A stretch of 64,000 nucleotides of DNA, taken from an uncultured delta proteobacterium (GTDB lineage: Bacteria > Myxococcota_A > Polyangia > Polyangiales > JAFGIB01). A program made the translations under genes and the position numbers. Below the pieces are notes generated by a model, which searched no databases, had not been told where the DNA came from, and saw only the letters and a list, made by a program, of their open reading frames with translations. Positions 21,457-30,685 of the stretch are shown here, one piece after another. The stretch's first letter is position 1, and the number at the start of each line of letters is the position of its first letter. The stretch spans positions 1-64,000 of the forward strand of contig CAVZVA010000011.1 in NCBI GenBank assembly GCA_963778655.1. Reading direction: 5' to 3'.

Positions 21457-22908
21457 ATGCCCCGCCTCCCGGGTCATACTCCTCACCATGCCCAGAACCG
21501 AAGCTCACCCCTCTTGATCGCGCTCGCCTGCCTGCTGGTGGCGGCCTGCGCCGCGGGCGCCGAACAGCAGCCGGGAACCGGCGGTCAGTCCGGAACCGTC
21601 GTCCCCGGCGCCAATGGCGGGGCCGGCCAGGGCAGCAGCGGAGGAACGAACGGCGGCAGGGGCAATTCCATCGGCACGAGCGGCCGGGGAATGGCGGGCG
21701 GCGGCGCAGGCGGTGTCGCGGGCGGTGTCGCGGGCGGCGCGGCGGGCGGCGCGGCGGGCGGCGGCTCCGGGACCAGTGGCGCGGGCGGTTCCAGCGCTGG
21801 CGCAACGGGCGGGGCGGGAGGCGCGGCGGGCGGCGGGGGCACCGCCGGCGCTGCGCCGCCCGTGAGCGGGAACGCGGGCAACCCCAGCGGCTCGTGCGGC
21901 GGCGGCATTCCGGCGCGGGGCCAACCGGCCGACACCTCCAGTCCGACCACCGTGGTGGGGACCGGCACGGCGGCGAGCTGCAGCTTCAGTCAGCTCCAGG
22001 CGGCGGTCACCAAAGGCGGGGTCATCACCTTCAACTGCGGGCCCGACCCGATGAGCATTGCGGTCACCGCCACGCTGAGCCTCCCGACCAACAAGAACAC
22101 CGTCATCGACGGTGGTAACCAGATCACCCTCGACGGCAAGCACGCCGTGGAGATCATGCGCTTCGACAGCCCGGACTTTCGCGCCAACGACAACGGGCTG
22201 ACGCTCCAACACATCGCCCTGATCAACGGCAAGCAGACGCCAACCGCCGCGATCCCGTCGGCGCCCGCGCCGTGCTCGCAGGGGTGGGACGACGGCGAGG
22301 GCGGCGCGCTCTACGTGCGCGACGGCGCGCTCACGGTGATCGACTCGATCTTCATGGACAACGAAGCGGCGCCCCTCGGACCCGACACGGGCGGCGGCGC
22401 GATCTACATCGTCGGCAGCAAGGCTGGCGCGATGATCGTGAGCAGCACCTTCAGCGGCAACAGCGCGAGCAACGCCGGCGCCGTGGGCGCGCTGCACGCG
22501 GAGCTCGACATCTACGACAGCCTGTTCACGAACAACACGGCCACCGGACACGACGCGAACGACAACGACGCCAGCAAGTGCTCGGTGATGAACAACGGTC
22601 AGAACGAGATCGGGTCGGGCGGAAACGGCGGCGCGGTCTACAGCGACGGGGTGTCGGTAGACGTCACCCTGTGCGGCGACGCGATCCTCGACAACGCGGC
22701 CGGCATGAACGCCTTCGGAGGCGGCCTGTTCTTCACCAGCAACGACATGATGGGGGTGCTCTCGATCATCGACTCGACGATCACCGGCAACACCGGCGGA
22801 CACTGGACCAACGTCTCCACCGGCAGCGTCAAGAACGTGGGCACCGCCGTGGGCGTGAACGCCCACAGCATCACGGTCAGCAACTCCACCATTCAGGGCT
22901 ATCCGTAG
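21457..22908 (+). CDS. Lipoprotein with Gly-rich linker and right-handed beta-helix (GGAI/FxxN repeats)
   Basis: Lipobox VAAC; GGALY, GGGAIY, FSGN, FTNN, GGAVY repeats; start uncertain. Confidence 0.8.
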   Translation: MPRLPGHTPHHAQNRSSPLLIALACLLVAACAAGAEQQPGTGGQSGTVVPGANGGAGQGSSGGTNGGRGNSIGTSGRGMAGGGAGGVAGGVAGGAAGGAAGGGSGTSGAGGSSAGATGGAGGAAGGGGTAGAAPPVSGNAGNPSGSCGGGIPARGQPADTSSPTTVVGTGTAASCSFSQLQAAVTKGGVITFNCGPDPMSIAVTATLSLPTNKNTVIDGGNQITLDGKHAVEIMRFDSPDFRANDNGLTLQHIALINGKQTPTAAIPSAPAPCSQGWDDGEGGALYVRDGALTVIDSIFMDNEAAPLGPDTGGGAIYIVGSKAGAMIVSSTFSGNSASNAGAVGALHAELDIYDSLFTNNTATGHDANDNDASKCSVMNNGQNEIGSGGNGGAVYSDGVSVDVTLCGDAILDNAAGMNAFGGGLFFTSNDMMGVLSIIDSTITGNTGGHWTNVSTGSVKNVGTAVGVNAHSITVSNSTIQGYP

Positions 22909-22914
22909 AGAGCG

Positions 22915-23784
22915 TCAACGGCTCACCCGGCGGGCCGCGCGCAGCATCGAGAGGCCGGTGTAGACGACCACCGCGAGCACCAGCCAGCGCAGCGCGTCGA
23001 GCGGCAGCTGCTTCACGATGTAGGCCGCCACCAGCACCGCCGGCACGCCGCCGAGCGCGAGCCCCAGCGCCACTCGCGGCTGGTAGCTCTGGCGGCGGAT
23101 GAAACGCGCGCTCGCCACCGGCATCAAGAACGCGCACGAGCCCATCATGATCGGGAACGCGACCTTGGGGCTCATGCCGAGCAGCGACACCAGCACCATG
23201 CACGGCGCGTACAGCCCGATGCCGAGCGTCATCAGCACGCCGAGCACGAAGTTGCCGAACGCCCCGACCAGCAACAGCGCGCCGTGCAGGCCGGAGGCGT
23301 CGCCGCCCTGCGGCAGCCAGCCGCGCAGCCGCGCCAGCAACAGCAACGCGGCCGCGAGCAGCGCCAGGCCCATGCCCACCTGCACCTTGCGCTCGGGCCA
23401 ACCCGCCACCAGCTCCGCGCCCGCGAATGCGCCGGCCACCGCGCTACCCACCATCACCAGCAAGGTGCGCATGTCGACCTCGATGATGGCGACGTAGATC
23501 AGTGCCTGGGCGACGGTGGGCAAGGTGTGGCCCACGTTCAGCGTCCCCGGGATCAAGCGGTCGGGCACCAGCTTGAAAGGGCGAAAGACGCTGGTCGTGG
23601 TGGCGAAGGAGCCGATGCCCAGGGTGTCGAAGAAGTTGGTGACCGCGCCCAGCGCGACCAGCGCAGGCGAGGGCCGGCCCCCAGCCGGCCGCGGCCCGCG
23701 GCGCAGGGCGCGCCACCAGAACGCGATGAAGCCCGCGCACAGCAAGACCAGCGGCAGCAGCAGCAGGGCTACGGAACGGCTCAT
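22915..23784 (-). CDS. TauE/SafE-family permease
   Basis: NFFDTLGIGSFA, IPGTLNVG, GIGLYAPC, AFPIMMGSCAFL; multiple TMs. Confidence 0.8.
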   Translation of the reverse strand: MSRSVALLLLPLVLLCAGFIAFWWRALRRGPRPAGGRPSPALVALGAVTNFFDTLGIGSFATTTSVFRPFKLVPDRLIPGTLNVGHTLPTVAQALIYVAIIEVDMRTLLVMVGSAVAGAFAGAELVAGWPERKVQVGMGLALLAAALLLLARLRGWLPQGGDASGLHGALLLVGAFGNFVLGVLMTLGIGLYAPCMVLVSLLGMSPKVAFPIMMGSCAFLMPVASARFIRRQSYQPRVALGLALGGVPAVLVAAYIVKQLPLDALRWLVLAVVVYTGLSMLRAARRVSR

Positions 23785-23885
23785 GCCGGCCCGACCCCGG
23801 CGCCGATCAAGCGCCCCATCACGCGCCGCTTCGCCCGAGGTCCACGCATGGGCCGCAGCGTACTACGTGCGGCGGCCCCCCAACG

Positions 23886-24992
23886 TTAAACCGTGCGCGC
23901 GGCCTGCGTCCGGCGCAGCGCGCCGCGCAGCATCATCCACTTGCCCACGTGCTCGAGCGTGATCAGCCCGACCAGGTGGCCGTCATGCACCACCGGCAGC
24001 GAGCTGCAGCCGGCCTGCTGCATGCGGCCGAAGGCGGCATCCAGCATCTCCGAGTCCTCGGCCACCTCGCAGCTGCGTGTCATCACGCTCGCGGCCGGCT
24101 CCTGCTGGCCACCCGAAGCCAGCGCGCGCAGCAGTGCGGGGCGCGTCAGCACGCCCACGACGGCGTCATCTTGCACGACGGGGAAGTCTTCCTGGTCCGA
24201 GCTCTGCAGCAGCTCCACCACGTGGGAGACGGCCGTGTCGGCCTGCACGGCTTGAAAGCGCGTCAGCATGGCGGCGGTCACCGGGACGCCCGCGAGCACG
24301 GCGCGCGCCTGCACCAGCAGCGCCTCCTGGTGCGCCCCGACGAACACGAACACCGCGATGAACGTCAGAAAGGCGTTGAAGAACAGGCCTGCGATGCCGA
24401 GCAGCACCGCCAGCGTCTGCCCGGCGCTCGCGGCCAGTTGCGTGGCGCGCACGTAGTCCATGCGCATCGCCAGCAGCGCGCGCAGCGCCCGGCCCCCGTC
24501 CATGGGAAAGGCCGGCAGCAGGTTGAACAGGCCGAGCGACAGGTTGACATACATGATCTTGCTCGCGAGCGAGCCGCCGACCAGGGTCAAGCCGGCCGCG
24601 AGCTCGGCGGCCGGGGTGACCAGCCAGAGCAGCCCCGCGATCGCGAAGTTGACCGCGGGCCCGGCCACGGCGACCAGCAGCTCCTCGCGCGGCCGCTCGG
24701 GCATGTGGTCGAGACGGGCGACGCCGCCGATCGGATACAGCGTGATGTCGCGGGTGCGCACGCCGAAGCGCTTGGCGGTGAGCGCATGACCCAGCTCGTG
24801 CAAAACCACGCAGGCGAAGATCAGGCCGACGAACGCGACCCCACGCGCCGCCACGGCCAGGGCGTGCCCAGCGACCACGTGCGAGACGAAGATCCAGCCC
24901 AGCAGCAGCAGGAAGCTCCAGTGCAGGTAGATGTCGATCCCGGCGACGCGTGCGATGCGTCCGGGCCTGGCTTGTTGCGCGGTGGCTTGCAT
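23886..24992 (-). CDS. Site-2 protease (peptidase M50) with tandem CBS domains
   Basis: HELGH, AGPAVN, FNLLPAFPMDGGR; two C-terminal CBS repeats; start uncertain. Confidence 0.9.
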   Translation of the reverse strand: MQATAQQARPGRIARVAGIDIYLHWSFLLLLGWIFVSHVVAGHALAVAARGVAFVGLIFACVVLHELGHALTAKRFGVRTRDITLYPIGGVARLDHMPERPREELLVAVAGPAVNFAIAGLLWLVTPAAELAAGLTLVGGSLASKIMYVNLSLGLFNLLPAFPMDGGRALRALLAMRMDYVRATQLAASAGQTLAVLLGIAGLFFNAFLTFIAVFVFVGAHQEALLVQARAVLAGVPVTAAMLTRFQAVQADTAVSHVVELLQSSDQEDFPVVQDDAVVGVLTRPALLRALASGGQQEPAASVMTRSCEVAEDSEMLDAAFGRMQQAGCSSLPVVHDGHLVGLITLEHVGKWMMLRGALRRTQAARTV

Positions 24993-25137
24993 GGCGGAAG
25001 GGGAGCGCCGTGACTGGAGTGCCCTCAGGCTGCACATAGGCCCCGCATGCACGCGGTCAAGCGCCGCAAAGCCCGGCCCACGCCGTCCCGACCTGGAGGG
25101 ATGCGCAAGGCCCACATGATCGGATACCTTTGGAGGG

Positions 25138-26589
25138 ATGGGCGGCATGGGCGACTCGAAAGCCGGGCCGGGGCGGCCCGCGCCTCCGGCACACCGGCGG
25201 CTGCCACGCGTGCGTTACCGGGCGCGCGTCCGCATCAGCGGCCAGGGCGAGCAGGGCGACATCGAGGCCACGTGCCTGGATCTGAGCGCGGGCGGCATGG
25301 GTCTCCGCGCGGACACGGTCCACCGCGTGGGCTCGCGCGTGACCTGCCGCTTGTTGATCGCGGGACAGACGCTCGACCTGCCTGGGGTGGTGGCGTGGGC
25401 GCGCGAGCGCGCCGGCACAGCGGACGCGGCCAGCGAGCGGCCCGACACCAAGACGCTGGTCAGGCTGGGCGGTGACCAGCCCGCCGAAGAGCTCGAGCGA
25501 CCGAAGAACGCGGTGCTCGACCCCTCGATGGGGATTCGCTTCGAAACGCTGGCCGGAGAGCAGGTGCGCGCGCTGCACGAAATCGTGCGCGCGAGCGCGC
25601 CGCTGACGAGCCCGGTGGAGCTCGGCTTCGCCGGACTGCAGAGTCGCGTGCACGCACGCGCCGAAGCCACCGCGGAAGGTCTTCGGCTGCGCGCCACGCT
25701 GCCGTTCTTGGAGCTGGGGTCGCAGGTCGAGGTCAGCTTCGCGCCCGGGCAGACGCCGCGCCACGGGCGCGTAGCGGGCGTCGAGCTGGACGCCAGCGGC
25801 GATCCGCGCGTCCCGCGGCTGCGTGTGGACGTCACGCTGCCCGAGGCAGAGAACTTCGAGCCAGCCGGGGAGCAGCCCTACAGGCCGGAGCTGATCGAGA
25901 GATTGCAGGACGGAGCGGGGCGCGGCGCGAGCTTCGCGCAATGGGCGGCGTTGCTGGCGCTGCTGATCGCGGCCGGCGCGCCGGCCAGCTGGTTGTGGGC
26001 GCGCGGGGAGCCATCGCCGCCGCGCGGGCCCGTCGTCGTCCGACCGCCGTCTCCTGCTCCCGTGCCCGCAACGCCGGCGCCTGCCGCAACGCCAGCACCC
26101 GCCGCAACGCCGGCACTGATGGCGCCGGTGCTCGCGCCGCCAGCGCTGCCCGCGCCGGTGCCCGGGCCGTTGGCTGCGGAGGCGGCTGCCGCGCCTGCGC
26201 CTGCCGCCCCTGTGCGAGCGGCCTTGCCCGTGGCCACGACCACGAGCACGGCCACGACCGCCACCAACAGCGCGAACGCGCCGGCTAGCCGGCCGCGCGT
26301 CACGGTCACCGGCGCGCAGACCCAAATGTTCGTGCCGATGGATGGCAGCGACGCGGACCTGCGGACTTACGAGCTCAGCTCGCCGGGCGTGGTTATCAGC
26401 CTGCCGCACGCCCACGCGCGCATCCCTCTCAACGACTATGCCGTCTACGAGGGCTCTGTGCGCCGGGTGTGGCTGCGGCCCTTCCAGGACGGCGTTCAGG
26501 TGCGGGTGGTGTGGCGCGGTGCCCTGCTGCGCTACGCGTTCAAGCTCGCCGATGGCGGCCTGACCCTGACCGCGCTGGCGCGGCAGTAG
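25138..26589 (+). CDS. PilZ-domain membrane protein with Pro/Ala linker and small C-terminal beta domain
   Basis: RRLPR (RxxxR) and DLSAGG (DxSxxG), MGIRF; TM segment; PAATPA repeats. Confidence 0.75.
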   Translation: MGGMGDSKAGPGRPAPPAHRRLPRVRYRARVRISGQGEQGDIEATCLDLSAGGMGLRADTVHRVGSRVTCRLLIAGQTLDLPGVVAWARERAGTADAASERPDTKTLVRLGGDQPAEELERPKNAVLDPSMGIRFETLAGEQVRALHEIVRASAPLTSPVELGFAGLQSRVHARAEATAEGLRLRATLPFLELGSQVEVSFAPGQTPRHGRVAGVELDASGDPRVPRLRVDVTLPEAENFEPAGEQPYRPELIERLQDGAGRGASFAQWAALLALLIAAGAPASWLWARGEPSPPRGPVVVRPPSPAPVPATPAPAATPAPAATPALMAPVLAPPALPAPVPGPLAAEAAAAPAPAAPVRAALPVATTTSTATTATNSANAPASRPRVTVTGAQTQMFVPMDGSDADLRTYELSSPGVVISLPHAHARIPLNDYAVYEGSVRRVWLRPFQDGVQVRVVWRGALLRYAFKLADGGLTLTALARQ

Positions 26590-26594
26590 CTGCT

Positions 26595-26765
26595 CTAGAG
26601 CACCGAACATATTGAAACGTGTGCGAAGTCGGGGTCATGGCGGGATGCAGGGCGCGGGCGGGAGCCCGAAGGCATAGTCCATCCTACGTCGAGCGGGGAG
26701 CGCGCGTGCCATGCGCCCGCGAGGACCCCGAAATCGTACGTGTTTCAATATGTTCGGTGCTCTAG
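26595..26765. mobile_element. MITE-like element family A, copy 1 (171 bp, CTAG-bounded)
   Basis: Perfect 24-bp terminal IR CTAGAGCACCGAACATATTGAAAC; homologous copies at 54773 and 61260. Confidence 0.85.
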
Positions 26766-28231
26766 ACCGGGCCCTTGGTCGCGCAGCCGAGGCGGATGTC
26801 GACGGTGGCGTCGTGGGCAGCCTGCAAGGTGTCGCAGCTCTTGGGGCACACGATGATCTTGCTCGGCGCCTGCGCGTTCGGATTGGGGCTGTCGTAGTAC
26901 CAGCCGAGGTCCGCCTTGTCGCACTGGTCCGCGCTGTGCACGTACAGCAGACTGGTCGACTGCCCGCCTTGATTGAGCTCGACATTGACGTAGCCATAAT
27001 CGAGCGTCTGTCCCGCCGGGGCCTGCGGGAGCTGCAGCTCGCAGTCCAGCGTGCCCCCGCGAATCGTGGCGAGCGCATCCAGCAGCTGCTGTGCGACATC
27101 CTGGGTGGGGTCGACGATGAACGCGTGCCCCGAGCCGCCCGCGGCCGCGATCTGATCGAGATTGGCCATCGCGCCGGTGTCGTCGGGCGAGAACACGCCG
27201 ATCACGTAGGTTTCGATGCTCGGCATCAGCGCGAAGCCCTGCCCCGCGATGTTCGCGACCTCGGTCACCGCATCGGCCTCGGTCTGCACGCTGGAGGCCA
27301 GGCATTCGGTGGGCAGGCCGTCGGTGGCGAGCACGGTGATCACGCGGTGGGTCGGGTTCTGACTGGCGTACATCGCGGCCAGGTTGATCGCACCGGTGAG
27401 CGCAACCGGCGTGGGCGTGAGGCCGATTGGCATCTCCGACATCAGCGAGGACGTGAGCGCCGTGCCGTTGCCGGGCAGCACGCCGATCGGCACCGCCGGG
27501 GTCTCGTAGTCGGCGGTCGTGCAGGAGGCATAGCTCAAGCACTCGCCCGTATAGGGCATGCACGCGCCCTGTTGGCCGCAGCCGCCGGCGCCGAGGTTGA
27601 AGCACGCCAGCGTGTCGTCGAGCTCGCACAGGCCGAAGGGCGCGCAGCCCGGAGAGAGGGCGGGACAGTCGGCATCGCTGAGGCACTGCGTGAACGAGAA
27701 GGGCACGTTCAGCGGCGGCGGCATGCAGGCCTTGACCAGGCACGGGCCGCCGTCGCTGCCGCAGTCCGCGTCCGCCATGCAGCTGTCGGGGATGCCGGCG
27801 GCGCCCAGGGGGAAGTACTGCAGCCCAACGCCCAGCCCATCGGACTGCGGGTCCGACACGAACGAGCTCAGCGCCGCGCGGATCGCGTCCCACTTGGTGG
27901 GGCCCGCGCCGGTGACCTCGCGCATCGAGTCGGAGCGGTCGAGCATGATGTACATATCGACGTCGACCTGCTTCGCCATCTGGGTCTGCCCCGCGCAATC
28001 GGGCGGCTGCTGGACCACCACGCCCGCGTCGGGCTGCGTGCCCGGCGCTGCGGTCTTGGCATTGCCGAAGTCGGTACCCGAGCTGCCGGGGCCGGAACCG
28101 GAGCCGGTCTGCGCCGCGCCGCCGTCGCCGGAGCCGCCGCCTGCGCCCATGCGGTGCGGCGTGCTGCTACACGCGATCAGCAGCGCCGGCACGGCGACCT
28201 GCCATCCCCTGCGCGCCCGTTCCGCAAGCAC
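26762..28231 (-). CDS. vWA-domain Cys-rich lipoprotein (myxobacterial type)
   Basis: Lipobox LIAC; MIDAS DRSDSM, GLTPT, ATDG; Cys-rich insert; start uncertain. Confidence 0.82.
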   Translation of the reverse strand: MLAERARRGWQVAVPALLIACSSTPHRMGAGGGSGDGGAAQTGSGSGPGSSGTDFGNAKTAAPGTQPDAGVVVQQPPDCAGQTQMAKQVDVDMYIMLDRSDSMREVTGAGPTKWDAIRAALSSFVSDPQSDGLGVGLQYFPLGAAGIPDSCMADADCGSDGGPCLVKACMPPPLNVPFSFTQCLSDADCPALSPGCAPFGLCELDDTLACFNLGAGGCGQQGACMPYTGECLSYASCTTADYETPAVPIGVLPGNGTALTSSLMSEMPIGLTPTPVALTGAINLAAMYASQNPTHRVITVLATDGLPTECLASSVQTEADAVTEVANIAGQGFALMPSIETYVIGVFSPDDTGAMANLDQIAAAGGSGHAFIVDPTQDVAQQLLDALATIRGGTLDCELQLPQAPAGQTLDYGYVNVELNQGGQSTSLLYVHSADQCDKADLGWYYDSPNPNAQAPSKIIVCPKSCDTLQAAHDATVDIRLGCATKGPV

Positions 28232-28450
28232 GGAGGGCAGCCTAGCTCGTTCGCACCCAGCCATCAAAGGGACGCGCCGGCCGGCCCCGGGGCCGCGTCC
28301 TGGCCGGGGAACACCAAGCTTCTTGGCGCTGCCAGCCAGTGCGCGGAAACGGCACGGTGAATGGGCTTGCGATCGCGTCACGCGCCGTTCTAGCGTGCCG
28401 GTCCAATTGCCCGGCGAGCGTTGCCTGCGCGCGCCGAGGCCGGAGGGGTG

Positions 28451-29119
28451 ATGACCGCTCGCGACGCTGCCGCGGATGTGCTCCGCGCTCTAGCACTGGG
28501 CCTGTGCGCCTGCCTGCTCGGCTGCAAGCCGACGATCCACACGTTTCGCGTCGATCCCAATGTGGTGTGCCCGGGCAGCGCGGTGCGCCTCAGCTGGGAC
28601 GCGAGCGCAGGCGGCGAGATCGCGGCCGCACCGCCGCTGGCCGGGCTGGGCGAGGTGCCCAGCAAGGGAGAGCGCGAGGTGCGGCCCCAGGTACCGACCA
28701 AGCTGCGTTTCGACGCTCACAACCTTTGGGGCACGGCTTCGCGCGAGGTCGACGTCGACGTGCGCGCGGCGACCGGCACCGCCAAATCGATCGGCGCCTC
28801 GATCGCCGACCCCAGCGCGCGCTGCGAGAACGGCACGCTCTCGGTGCAGGTCACGCCGCCGGACGCCGACTGGGACGCGCGCGTGCGCGCGGCCGAGGTC
28901 GAGGTGCCGGCGGAGGTCGCGCGGCACTATCACGTGGAGCACGGCGGCAGAAGCGCCGAGCTGGATCCCGGCGTACGCTCGGCCGCGTTCGCCGGCCTGG
29001 CGGTGCGCGGCGCGTGGCTGCTGTCGACGCCGCTGCTTGCCGGCGAGAGCTGCGGGCCGGAGCTGCCGCGCAACCTGCTGATCGACGTGTATCCGAGCTG
29101 CAGCCAGGAGGCGCCGTGA
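28451..29119 (+). CDS. Hypothetical lipoprotein
   Basis: SD GGAGG; lipobox LLGC; beta-rich sequence; GTGA overlap with the next gene. Confidence 0.7.
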   Translation: MTARDAAADVLRALALGLCACLLGCKPTIHTFRVDPNVVCPGSAVRLSWDASAGGEIAAAPPLAGLGEVPSKGEREVRPQVPTKLRFDAHNLWGTASREVDVDVRAATGTAKSIGASIADPSARCENGTLSVQVTPPDADWDARVRAAEVEVPAEVARHYHVEHGGRSAELDPGVRSAAFAGLAVRGAWLLSTPLLAGESCGPELPRNLLIDVYPSCSQEAP

Positions 29120-30477
29120 CCCCGGACGAGCTGCGCGCGAACATCGACACCATCGTCGTCGTCATGATGGAGAACCGCTCGTTCGACCACATGCTGGGAT
29201 GCCTGCGCCTGCCGCAATTCGGCGGACGCGCCGATGTGGACGGGCTGACCTCTCTGGGCAACCCCGACTACCGCAACGCCTCGCAGAACGCCACGTTGAT
29301 CGCGCCCTTCCTCGTGCAGCAAGACGACCCGCTGCCGAACGACGTCCCGCACTCGCGCACCTATATCGACCAACAGCTCGCGCGCTCGGCCATCACGCAC
29401 GGCTTCACGATGACGGGGTTCGTCGCCGCCTATGAGCGCTTCACCGGTACCAGCGGCGTGCTGCAGCCGCCGCCGATGAGCGTGCTCACGCCGGCCCTGC
29501 TGCCAGTCACGCACTTCTTTGCGCGCGAATACACCCTGTGCGACCGCTGGCACGCCTCGCTGCCGGCCTCCACGCAGCCCAACCGGCTGATGGCGTTCAG
29601 CGGGGACGTGTTCTACGACGAGAACCAGAGCGGGCTGCTCGACAGCCAGGATCTGGTATTCGACTGGCTCGACCGCCACCAGATCCGCTGGCGCGTGTAC
29701 TCCGCCGGCCTCTCGTTCTGGGCATTGATGCCCAAGATGTGGCCCGCGCTGCTGAGCGAGCACTTTCGTTCCCTCGGCGACCTGCGCGAAGACGTGCTGC
29801 AGGAGGCGGCCAACCGCTTTCCACAGGTCATCTTCGTCGAGCCCGACTACGACGACGTGCCCGTGCACTTGAGCGGGCACGCCAGCGACAATCACCCCCC
29901 GGTGCAGGTCGCGTATGGAGAGGCTTTCCTGAAGTCGGTCTACGACGCGCTGACCGCGAGCCCGGAGCGCTGGGCGCGGACCGTGATGATCCTGACCTAC
30001 GACGAGCACGGCGGCTTCTACGACCACGTCGCGCCTCCACCGATCGCCTATGCACCGCCGCAGGGCGCGCACTTCGGCAGGGCGTTCACCTCGGCCGGGA
30101 TGCGCGTGCCCGCGATCGTGATCTCTCCGTTCGCGGCGCAAGGCGGGGTGAGCCACGCACTGTTCGACCACACCTCGGTGCTGCAGCTGCTCGCGCAGCG
30201 GTTTGCACCGAATCAGACCGGCTATTCGCACTCGGTCGAGGCGCGGCGCAGCGTTGGCGTGGGCTCGGTGCTCGAGGCGCTGGCCAGCACCCGCAGGCCG
30301 GGCATCCCGCCCGCGCCCGCGGCACCGCCCGCTCCCGCGTCCGCGCCAAGCCTGCGGCCGCCGGTGACCGAGGCGCAGCACGCCTTCGTCACCGCGATCG
30401 AGAATCTCGCGCAACAGCAGCCCGCCGCGCCGGCAAAATATCAGCAGATCGCGCACTGGCTCGCGCACAAGCCCTGA
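29116..30477 (+). CDS. Phosphoesterase family protein (phospholipase C/AcpA-like)
   Basis: VVVMMENRSFDH, STQPNR, DNHPP, TYDEHGGFYDHV, GMRVP, FDHTS. Confidence 0.9.
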   Translation: MTPDELRANIDTIVVVMMENRSFDHMLGCLRLPQFGGRADVDGLTSLGNPDYRNASQNATLIAPFLVQQDDPLPNDVPHSRTYIDQQLARSAITHGFTMTGFVAAYERFTGTSGVLQPPPMSVLTPALLPVTHFFAREYTLCDRWHASLPASTQPNRLMAFSGDVFYDENQSGLLDSQDLVFDWLDRHQIRWRVYSAGLSFWALMPKMWPALLSEHFRSLGDLREDVLQEAANRFPQVIFVEPDYDDVPVHLSGHASDNHPPVQVAYGEAFLKSVYDALTASPERWARTVMILTYDEHGGFYDHVAPPPIAYAPPQGAHFGRAFTSAGMRVPAIVISPFAAQGGVSHALFDHTSVLQLLAQRFAPNQTGYSHSVEARRSVGVGSVLEALASTRRPGIPPAPAAPPAPASAPSLRPPVTEAQHAFVTAIENLAQQQPAAPAKYQQIAHWLAHKP

Positions 30478-30685
30478 ATGCCGGTCGCGACGCGGCGTCG
30501 GTCGCGACTGGGTTTGAGCGGAACCCACCGGACACATGGCGCGTTGGCGGCGCACGGCATGACCAGTTCTGGCCATGCGATCGCGAAGCTGACTCTAGGG
30601 AACCTCGGTTTCTCGCCTGCGCAGACGCGGACTTGCGACAGCGACCAGCGTTTCTGACGTACGGTGTCACAAGCGTGGAGGAACC

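Noticed and set aside
21700..21860. Short tandem repeats (also ~26065-26115 and ~55410-55441) as CRISPR or VNTR loci
   Set aside because: These are in-frame Gly/Ala/Pro linker coding, with no spacers and no cas genes.
26711..28360. ORFs containing MRPRGPRNR.CFN.FGAL (also within 54907-55992 and 61284-61487)
   Set aside because: The shared peptide is a translation of the MITE right end, and the long ones are antisense shadows of real genes.
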